From the NCBI GenBank assembly GCA_050273025.1, contig CP158635.1, positions 7,874,001 through 7,938,000 on the forward strand: a stretch of DNA of 64,000 nucleotides. The letters are read 5' to 3'. Positions within the stretch are counted from its first letter, which is position 1, and each line of letters begins with the position of its first letter. The stretch is from Cenococcum geophilum (lineage: Eukaryota). Below the pieces are notes generated by a model. That model did not search any database, was not told the DNA's origin, and saw only the letters and a list, made by a program, of their open reading frames with translations. Shown here one piece after another: positions 14,177-24,993 of this stretch. The translations under genes and the position numbers were made by a program.

Positions 14177-14578
14177 TAATTACTTAACACCTCCTACCAA
14201 GCGATACACGACAGCGACTACCCGTTTAGACTCCTAGTATAACCTACTAAAAGGTTGGAAGCCAGGGATTACGGAACCATCACTAACTCTATATACTTAT
14301 TCAAGTCTTAGTACGGTTTACTAGAAGTTTATAAACGTAAATACAGACCCTTATAGAACCCCCTATCCTTAAACCCCTTAAACCTTAAACCCCTCCGGAC
14401 CTTTTACAGAAACCCCTTACCCTCCTATAAACTATTACGTACCTATTAATTACCTTTACGGACCATTATAAGACCTCTTAAACTATTACGGACCCGTTAA
14501 TCGATTTTACGGACCGTTATAAGACCTCCCCTACCCGTTATAAGCTACTACCACCCGCTACATACTATACTATATAGT

Positions 14579-17500
14579 ATGGCAGACACAAGCAAGCAGA
14601 TTAATAAAGGTTAAGAGAAATAGAGACAAGGAGTCAACCTTACGTCTATAACTAACGTTAACAACTATATTAAGTATAAAATCCTTAAATACGGATATTT
14701 TAAGCTTATAAATGACGACCTATGGGAGCAATATAAGGAAGACTTTGCGGACTTTACGGAAGATATTCTTAAAGCTTATAACCCTACTACTATCCATAAC
14801 CTACAAACCCTTTTACGTCACCAAGGTATATAGGTTAAAAAGGATAAACGAGTTACTGTTATACGGTCCTTATATAACATAATATAGGAGAAGGACCAAA
14901 TGGAATAGACTAAAGAGGAAATCCTAGACTAGGTTAAAGTCACTAATAAACTCTTTGCTTCTCCTAAACTTAATAGCATCGCTAGCCTTATACCTAACCT
15001 ACTTAACCAAATTTGTCCTATAAACCTAAGCAATTTTAGAATTAATCTTACGGGCCAAAGCACACCTAGTACTTAAGTTACGGACCGTAATACCCCCATA
15101 AACCAAAATACGGACTAAAACCCTCCCATTACCTAAGCTACAGATCCGTAACCTACCCAAGTCATAGATCCAAAAACTACCCAAGCAAAGACCTACGGTA
15201 AGGAGCTAGCTAACCTAGCTAAGCTCTATACTAACGAATCCAAATACAGCAGTAAAAACGACAACTTTAACTTTAAACTAACCATCTTTACGGACCTCTA
15301 TTAGAAGGCTAATATTCCTAAATAGGAGTTTAGCTAAGCCTACTCTACCATACTACGCGGCCTAGCACTTAACCACTACTACACCAACCTCAAGAATAAC
15401 CCCCTTGGTGTTCCCTTTAATAAGCTATACAAAGCCACATACAACTACTTTAAAGGACCAGAATATAAGCGTAATATCTTTACCCAATAGAATGCGACCA
15501 AGTTACGGACCGTAATGGACAAGAACACTAAAAAATTGACCATAGAGTGCCTGCAAATCCTTATTAAAGACCTCCACCACCTACAGCACGGTCTTAATAT
15601 CAAGCTTTAAACGGACGACTTCCTGCACAATAAACTTATTACGGCTTGCTAGGAAATAGAACCTTATAAATACACCTATTACAAGCCCGCAAACACCGTA
15701 GCTAGCCTTATTAACGATTTACAGTCCTCTATTACAACGTACAAAGCCTCAAACCCACTAGGCAGTACTTAAGCCTTTATTACGGACCTATAAAATCCAC
15801 AAACCGACTCAGATGCCTACTTTACGGACCGCCGCTACTGCTAGCAGCACCCACATTGACCAGGTCCTACCCATAACCCCCACACTAACTCCCATATAAA
15901 AGCATACCCCCATAGATAAACCAATTAGAGGTGCTTTATATATAGCAAGGAAGGATATTAGTCTATAAGGCACACCTAGGAAGAACATAATAAGTCTAAG
16001 AAGAGATTTAACAATTAGATTAACCAGTTTATCTTAGACTATAAAAAAAAGAAAGCAAAGGAGTCCCTTAACAAGTCAATGGAAGCCCTTATAATTAACT
16101 TTAACTTAGACACTCAGAAACAGAAGACCTTAGAGACGTTCCTAACCACTTTCGGACCTTTTACGGACGGCTAAGCCTTTAATATTACGACCGTATTAGC
16201 TAACCGCTCCTTTATACACTTAATTGCACCCAAAAACTAGCCCATAAATACACCCATTAGACCTATTACGGACATTATAGACCGCGAATAGGACCCATTT
16301 ATATATATTACTATAGAACGCTATACCCCCAAAGAATTCTATAGCGTTATAATCGATATAGGTGCCTTTAAGAAGTCTACTATAGGTTACGGACAGTACC
16401 TTATATATAAGACTACCGTAAATAACAATATAAACATTAATACTATGCAAACTAGGGCCGTAAACGTCTAATTCGGCATTAGCTTAACCGCATTAATTAA
16501 ATTAGCTAAAGTTAAAACTCCAATTAGCCTAGTTAACTTCCATATAGTAAAAGCGGATACCCCTTTCCTACTCTGCCTTACGGACATGGATAGGTTATAG
16601 GTCTACTATAATAACGTTACGGACACCTTAATTAGCCCTATAACTGCCCCAGGAAGTAAGCATATTACCCTACCAATTATACAACGATTTGGACACCCGT
16701 TCCTTATATAGGGAGAGACTTTACGGACCTCTATTCAGGAATCTTTTAACCACAACCCATACTACCTTACCAGTACTAAAATCCACCGACTGCACCGCCG
16801 TTTTAGCTACCTGTTAGCCGAATAGCTATATAGAGTCCTTAAACGCTCTAGATATAACGTCAATAGGAAAGCAATTAACCACCTAACCAAATACTGCTCT
16901 TTTTACCAGAAATACGGACGTTCCCCAGGCAGATTCAAGTTTACCCTTTATAAGGACCTTAACTTCAACCACTTAGTATACGTGGACATTATATACATTA
17001 ACGGCAGTCTAGTATTATATATAATTAATAAGGCAACCCGCTATTAAGCCGCCCGTTAATTGCAAAATATATCTATAAAACATACTTAGGACATTTTACG
17101 GACCTACTAGATTGATATATACCTTAGACCTCCTAAGTATATTACCCACAACGCTAGTAGGAACTTTATCAGCAAGGAATTCCAGTAGTATATTACGGCC
17201 ATAGCTATATCAACAAAAGCCGTTCCAGTTAAGGCTTATTAAGCGAGCTTACCTAGCTTTATAGAGAGCTTACTAGATTATTATGGACAAGTATAAGAAC
17301 ATCTAAAAGGAACTAGCTTTATAGATAGCCGTAAAAGCCGTTAATAACACCACTAGCCCTAACGGACTAGTACCTACCCTCTTAGTCTACGGAGCCTACC
17401 TAAGGATAAGCAAACTAGACCCTCCTGCCCTATCTATTACGGATCAAGTAGCTATAATACGGAAGGCAATAGCCGAAATAGTTAAATTACGGGCCAAATA

Positions 17501-19517
17501 AACTATTAATAACGCCCTATACTACCGAAACGGACCTAATATAACCCTAGTACACAACCTCCCGCTTAATTCTAAAGTCCTCATATAGCGTAAAAGCAGC
17601 AATTGGACTAGACCTTACCGTCTACTAACCGTAGAAGATAAGACCTACTGTATACAGCTCCCTAGCGGACCAATAAGCTTTAGAAGCACATCCATAAAAC
17701 CCTATTTTCGGTCCGAAAACACCTATAACGTCAAGCCAGACGAACTAGAAGCACCTGCCGAGTTAGACAAACCAGAAGCACCCGCCAAATTAGATAAACT
17801 AGAAGCACCCTTACCTACCCCAGAGGTCCCCCAGAAACCTACTAAACCTACTAAACCTGCCATAAAGCGTGGCCAAGGACGCCCCTACAAGAACCCTATA
17901 ATAGAGAATTACCTAACCTCTATAGGCACATCCGCAAAGCAATCTCCGCCTATAGATATATTAGTTCTAGTACAGGAAACCCCTTTTACGGACTTATAAC
18001 GCAAAGAGATTAACGGACTACTTAAAAAGGGCGTCTTTACGGTTATAACGGAGAGAGAGGTTCCGCAAGGCGTCCGTATATTTAACTCGCGCTTTATTAA
18101 CAAAATTAAGCACCCTAGTACTAATAAAGCCTTTAAAAAGTCAAGGCTCGTTATACAAGCTTATAATAACTAGGGAAAGGACTTAGTCCTTACGCAATCG
18201 CCTATAATCTAATGAGTCAGCCAACAGATTATACTTATACTTACCCCCGGCCTATAGTAAAGTAAACCCGTAGCTCTTTACCTACGGGACATCTTATAAG
18301 CCTACATACAATCCAATACCTACCTAAGTAGGGACATCTTTATATAACTACCGCTCGAGCTTAATTTGCAACTAGGAATAATTTTATAGGTTATAAAACC
18401 ACTTTACGGAGTGCTAGAAGCTAGAAACCACTGGTTTAAGACGTATTACTAACATTACGTCCGTAAACTTAAGATAGAGCAGTTAGCCTATAACCCTTAC
18501 CTCCTATACACCCTATTAAACGGCCTTAGTATTATTAGGCTCTAAATAAATAATACTCTCTTTTTAGCGAACCAGACTTTTGCGGATATAGAGGAAACTA
18601 AACTATAAGAAGCTAAGTTCCTAGCAAAGCCGCAAGAGTAGTTAACTAAGTAGACTCCAATTAAGTTTAACGGAGGCTTAATTACATAAAAGGGCAACTT
18701 AATCTAGCTAACCTAGGAACGCCAAACTTAAAACCTAAAGCTTATTACAGTAAAGCCTACGGACCTTACCAGTTCCTACGGAGAGACCTATAAGACTATA
18801 AATACAAAGGACCAATACGCTGCACAGCGTGTAAGAGGCGCCTATATTGCCACAGTCTGCCAACCTAAATCTGCCTACGACTTATCCTTTACGGCCCAGG
18901 CAGTAAATCCGCAAGAAAAAAATATTAAGCAGCTTAATAAGCGCATTTAATAGCAGATTAATAATGCGATAAAAGGACTTACTTTTATACCGCTAGACCT
19001 AAACTCTATTAGCGTAATAGTATTTACAGACGCCTCCTTCGCCAATAATAGGGACCTGTCATCGCAAATCGGCTTTATAATTATACTTACGGACCGTAAT
19101 TAAGACGCAAATATACTATATTGGTCTTTAATTAAATACAAATAAGTAACCCGCAGTGTACTAGCTTCTAAACTATATATACTAGCCTATGGCTTTAATA
19201 TAGCAGCCATAATCAAATTAACGATCTAGAAGATCCTACAATTAGAGTAGCTACCCCTGGTTTTATACACCAATTCAAAGTCCCTCTATGACTGCCTAGT
19301 CAAACTAGGTACAATATAAGAGAAGAGGCTCATAGTCGACCTAATATGCTTACGTTAGGCCTATAAACGACATAAGATTACGGAGGTCAAATAGATTAGT
19401 AGCGAAGACAACCCAGCAGACGCCATAACTAAGGCAAAGCCGTGTCAAGCTCTAAAAACCCTAATTAACACAAATAGGCTTAACCTAAAGGTCATAGAAT
19501 GGGTAGAACGAGACTAA
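14579..19517 (+). pseudogene. Copia gag-pol polyprotein of C2, RIP stop codons
   Basis: RIP-reversed: DLWEQYKEDF; CFICSKEGCWS; IDTGA at ~16352; LHRRF.H...C..C; KSRLV(V)QAY; LRDISQAY; KPLYGV(P)EAGNHWF; LQTDDTL; FTDASFAN; NPADAMTK. The true start could lie further upstream. Confidence 0.88.
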
Positions 19518-20802
19518 CGGAGCACCTACGGTCTATTTACGGCCTGTCGGAAGGCCGTACGGTTTATTTACGGCCCGTTAGAAGGCCGTATGGTACATTT
19601 ACGGCCCGTTAGAAGACCGTATAGCTTATTTTGCGGACCGTAAGCAGGACTTACGGCCGACTTAAAGCACCGTTTAGAAGGCAGGCCAGAGGGCACCTTA
19701 GGAGGGATTTCCTATATATTTTCTTACATGTTCTACGGTTCTATTAAGGCAATTACGGAGGCTATATATAAGTGGTTTCATTTTTCAAGTACCGCCAGTG
19801 TATAATTATAGCACCTGCTATACCAACCGCGTGCTTATACGTTTGGTATATTAACCACGCGTTTACACGTTCGGTACACCAACCACCCGCTTACGCGTCT
19901 GGTGCACTCCTAGAGCACTAACTAATTAAGGGGGAGGCGCATTAGTATATAGACTACGTAGTCTACTTAATATAATTGATAGTTACCACCATCCCAAAGA
20001 GCATACGATACTATACGTATTTTGTGCCCTGGGATATAACTTAATTATATTATTAAGTTAATACAAACAAATACCTAATTATTCTATATGTAATTAATAT
20101 AATGTCTTAAATACTATTCTAGCATTTAGTTTAATCTTTCTATTTATCTATCCATCTGCAGATAATATATAATAGAAGTTACTACTCTAACTTCTTATTC
20201 CGCTAAAAATACCTTCTAAAATACTGCTATAAATCTTAGGTCTTTATCCAATATAATCTTACTTAATACTCCGTGTTTTATAAATACTTCTTTTATAACG
20301 GAACCTTATAGTAAGTACTACGATAGGCTTATTAATGGGCTAGGTATATAGGTAATACAAAATAAAGTTAACAACGTAATAACAACTGGTGGAGTAGTTG
20401 CCTAATAGATTAACTATAAGAAAGGAACTATCTAGGTAGGGACTAAGGGTCCTTAAATATATAACCGTACTCTTATAAAATCCTTCTTATACGTAATATA
20501 CGTATACTCTATTTACTCTATTATAGATTATACAGATTGTATAGATTATATAGATTACGTTATATAACCTTAGTTACCATTCCTTATTATATAGCTCTAT
20601 TAGCTTTATCCTAGACTATATTTAAATTAACTAACTAGCTTCTTCTAACTCTTCTTTAAGTAGTTATAATATTATACTTAAAGCGTCCATAACACTATCT
20701 CCCTCCTTTTTATCTTTATCCTTAAAGATTCTAAATATCTCTAAGTTGTTTACTAGAGGTATAATATCCGTCTAATTAATTTAGTTAATATTATTACTTA
20801 TT

Positions 20803-21509
20803 ATACCTAAAGTAATTTCTTCTTCTTTAACCGCTTGTCGTACTCGCACTATTACTATAATATTGTCTCTTAGTGAGATTATATTATCTCTATGTTCTTG
20901 TTATTTAAAAGAGGGGTTAGTTTATATTATATTGGCGAACCTATCTTTATAATAACTGTCTTTTTATTTAAAGTGCACTAAAGTAAATATTTATTCGTTC
21001 TGTAACATTTACTCCGTCTTTAATGCTAAATATACGCGACCTATTACTTTTAATAGTCGTTTAGTTCCCTAATTAATTTATTTTAGGGTTTTATATTTAA
21101 TCTGCTGCTACGCGGCTAAATAATAAGCTGTTTATTACTCTTACTAAGTTACGCTATTTTTAGGACGCTAAGTAGGAGGCTGCTAATGCTTAGTAACGGG
21201 CCCTTAAGTCTTGTCTGGTGGCGTCCGCTTAGTTAATCTATCTTAAAAAGGTGTATAAGAAGGTCTGTTTTAAGGAGTAAAAACTTATAAAGTAAGGTTT
21301 ATAGGAACTTAGTGATATAAAAACGGATTCTTCTTTAACTAAAAAGGAAATAGATCTAAGTAGTTTGGCAACTACTCTTTTTAGGTCCCCCTTAGGTGAC
21401 TTATTCTTTAGTAATCCTTCTTTATTAATACTACCTAACCTAATTTCTTCTAATACTTCTATACCTTTCCTATAGCGTTTTTTTTAATTCTCTAGTAGTT
21501 TTTAGGTAG
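20803..21509 (+). pseudogene. Antisense Zn(II)2Cys6/coiled-coil gene of B2 (RIP-inactivated)
   Basis: Retains Cys1 TGT, Cys5 TGC and Cys6 TGT; has an in-frame 21-nt (one heptad) insertion in the coiled coil relative to B1/B3. Confidence 0.72.
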
Positions 21510-22550
21510 TCTTAGTATAGCCTATCTACTTAACTTTATACTATATTTTATTATCAATGTCTTTATAGTTAACAATCTTTAAAACTTACTATTTATCTTC
21601 TTCTTATTCTTTATACGTGTCTGCTTTGTAAATTAATGGCTTAATATTCCCATATACTAGCTTTAGTATTGCGATATGCTATATAGGGTAGATCTTTATT
21701 TTAGCTAGTAGGTTTAACTTAAACATAACTAGTAAAATCCTTTACTTAATTTTAAAAGGTCCTAGTCTAACATAGTTTAACTTTTTGCTTAGCCATTAAC
21801 ACTTAAAATTTTTATATAGTAGCTATACTTTATCTCCCTCCTTAAGATCTAGTCCCTTAGATCTCTTAGTATTATAATACTTTTTTATCCTTTACTATAC
21901 CGTCTTTACTATTTCCGTAAGGTTTTTATAAAGATTTATTAATATCTCCATTCTTTACTTAGCTATATTACTTATTTTCTTTACTTAATATAGCGATAGT
22001 AATGTTCTTAGCTTATATCCATAATTCGCCTTAAATAGTAATATACCCATTTCTTTTTATAGTATTATATTATTGTTTATACCAACTTAATAGTACAGGC
22101 GAGTCGTATCCACGGGCACGAAATACGTGTAGTATCGTATGCTTGTTTGGATGGTGACTGTCGATTATATAAAGCAGACTACGTGGTCTATATACTAATA
22201 CACCTCCCCCCTAATTAGTTAGTGCTTTATAAGTGCACCAGACGCGTAAGCGAGTGGTTGGTGCACTGAACGCGTAAACGTGTACCTGGTGTACCGAACG
22301 CGTAAGCCCGCGTTTAGTATAACAGGTGCTGTAATTATATACTGGCAGTACTTAAAAAATGAAACCACCTATATATAGCCTCCGTAATTGCTTTAATAAA
22401 ACCATAGAACATAAAGGAAAATACATAGGAAATCTCCCTGAGGTGCCGTCTAGGCTGCCTTCTAAACGGTGCCCCAAGCTGGCCGTAAGTTCTGCTTACG
22501 GTCCGTAAAATAAACCGTACGGCCTTTTGACGGGCAGTAGATGAGCTATA

Positions 22551-22725
22551 AATCAGATTTTAAGGGCCGCTAAGGCGCTAGTGCTAAGCGAACCAATGGC
22601 GATTTTTTATCCCGGGGATAGAAAATCGTAATTAGTTAATTTAACCACCCTGCAAAATTCGGCAGGTTACGTGAGTTTACTAAATTCTACCGTAGCTTTC
22701 TACCGTTTTCCACCTATACCGTATA
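22551..22725. mobile_element. Unclassified 175-bp insertion with ~10-bp TSD and an internal hairpin
   Basis: Absent from C1 and C2; flanked by ATGAGCTATA / ACGAGCCATA (differing only by C>T); hairpin CGATTTTTTATCCC-G-GGGATAGAAAATCG. Confidence 0.65.
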
Positions 22726-24769
22726 ACGAGCCATACGGCCTTCTAACGGGCTGTAAACATACCATAGGTGCTCCGTTAGTCCCGTTTTACCTATTTTATA
22801 ACTTTTAGGTTAAGCTTATTCGTGTTAATTAGGGTTTTAAGGGCTTAACACGGCTTTGCCTTAGTTATAGCGTCCGCTAGGTTGTTTCCGCTGCTAATCC
22901 ATTTAACCTCCGTAATCTTACGTTATTTATAGGCCTAACGTAAGTATATTAGGTCGACTATAAGCCTCTTCTCTTGTGTTATACCTAGTTTAACTAGGCA
23001 GTCGTAAAGGGACTTTAAATTAGTGTATAAAACTAGGGGTAACTACTCTAGTTATAGAATCTTCTGGACCGTTAATTTAATTGCAGCTGCTATATTAAAT
23101 CTATAAGCTAGTGTATATAGTTTAAAAGCTAGTACACTATAGGTTACTCGTTTGCACTTAATTAAAGACTAGTATAGTATATTTGCGTCCTAATTGCGGT
23201 CCGTAAGTATAATTATAAAGCTAATTTGTAATAATAGGTCTTTGTTATTAGCAAAGGAGGCGTCTATAAATGCTAGTAGGCTAAGGGAATTTAGGTCTAG
23301 TGGTATAAAAGTAAGTCCCCTTGCTGTATTGTCAATTTGTCACTAAATACGCTTATTAAGCTGCTTAATATTTTCTTCTTACGGATCTACTACCTAGGCC
23401 GCAAAGGATAAGTTATAGGTAGATTTGGGTTGGCAGACTATAACAATATAGGCGCCTCTTGCACGCTATACAGCGTATTAGTCCTTTATATTTACGGTTT
23501 TACGGGTCTCTCCGCGGGAACTAGTAAGGTCCGTAGGCTTTGCTATAACGAGCTTTAGGTTTTAAGCTTAGCGTTCCTAAGTTAGCTTAATTAGGTTGCC
23601 CTTTTATATAATTAGGCCTCTATTAAACTTAATCGGATTCTGCTTAGTTAACTACTCTTACGGCTTTACTAGGAACTTAGCCTTTTATAGTTTAGTTTCT
23701 TTAGCGTCCGTAAAGGTCTAGTCTGCTAGGAATAGGGTATTGTCTATTTAAAGTCTAATAATACTAAGGCCGTTTAATGGGCTGTATAGGAGGTAGGGGT
23801 CGTAGGTTAACTATTCCATTTTAAGCTTACTAACGTGATGCTGGTAGTACGTCCTAAACCAGTAGTTCCTAGCTTCTAGTAATCCGTAAAGAGGTTTTAT
23901 AACCCGTAAAATTATTCCTAGTTATAGGTTAAGCTCATGGGGTGGTTGTATAAAGATGTCCCTACTTAGGTAGGTATTAGACTGCACGTAGGCTTGCGAG
24001 ATATCCCGTAAGTATAGGGCTACGGGTTTAGTTTGCTGTAGTCCCGGCGTAAGTGTAAGTATAATTCGTTGGCTAACTCGTTAAATTATAGGCGATTGCG
24101 TAAGGACTAAGTCCTTTCCCTTATCGTTATAAGCTTGTACGATAAGCCTTAATTTCTTAAAGGCTTTATTAGTACTAGGGTGCTTAATCTTGTTAATAAA
24201 GCGTAAGTTAAATATACGGACGCCTTATGGGACGTCTTTCTCTATTATAACCGCAAAGACACCCTTTTTAAGTAGTCCGTTAATCTCTTTACGTCGTAAG
24301 TCTGTAAACGGGGTTTCCTATACTAAAACTAATATATCCGCAGGCGGAGATTGCCTTGCGGATATTCCTGCGGAGGTTAGGTAATTTTCTATTACGGTAT
24401 TCTTAGTTACGGGGTGCTTTTAGGGGTGTCCTTAACTACGCTTTATAGTAGGTTTAGTAGGTTTAGTGGGTTTCTAGGGGACTTCTAGGGTAGGTAAGGG
24501 TGCTTCTAGTTTATCTAATTCGGCGGGTGCTTCCGGTTCGTCTAGTTTAATAGGTGCTTCTAGTTTGTCTAGTTTAACGTCATAGGTGTTTTTAGGCCAA
24601 AAGTAGGGTTTTACGGACGTGCTTCTAAAGCTAGTTGGCCCACTAGGAAGCTATACGCAGCATATCTCGTTTTCTACGGCTAGTAGACAATAAGGTCTAT
24701 TCTAACTGCCGCTTTTACGCCATATAAGGACTTCAGAGTTAAACGGGAGGTCGTATACTAGGGTCGTAT

Positions 24770-24993
24770 TGTGGGAGGGTACGACCACTCTCAGATAGGA
24801 AAGTCACAGTGCCGTCTGTCTGTCGGTCAGTCGGTCGTCAGTCGTAATCAATCAGTAGGAAAGCAGTCAGTAAGAAGAAAGGAAAGAATGTATTCCGGTA
24901 GGTCGTGATGGTCCAAGAAGGAGGGAAGCCGAAGGCTCTATAAATACAGGAAAATGCCAAGGTACTAGGCGTGAGACATTTTACCCCACCACA
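24770..24993 (+). mobile_element. Solo-LTR-like element, family D (copy 2)
   Basis: TGTGGGAGGGTA...TACCCCACCACA; 4-bp TSD GTAT, confirmed against the empty site in C2 (~17540); little RIP. Confidence 0.85.

Larger units (their letters stand above)
13880..20069 (+). mobile_element. Full-length GalEa-like Copia copy C2 (6190 bp)
   Basis: 271-bp LTRs at 13880-14150 and 19799-20069; TSD AATAC; Copia domain order gag-PR-IN-RT-RH. Confidence 0.95.

Noticed and set aside
19527..19640. 31-bp tandem repeats (also ~1870-1935, ~22510-22760) as a CRISPR-like array
   Set aside because: No unique spacers; these are Copia 3' UTR tandem repeats in a eukaryotic context.
22342..22360. CTGGC(G)GTAC next to the Copia LTR as a tRNA PBS implying the opposite orientation
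   Set aside because: It is antisense to the pol ORF and adjoins the 3' LTR; I cannot match it to a tRNA.
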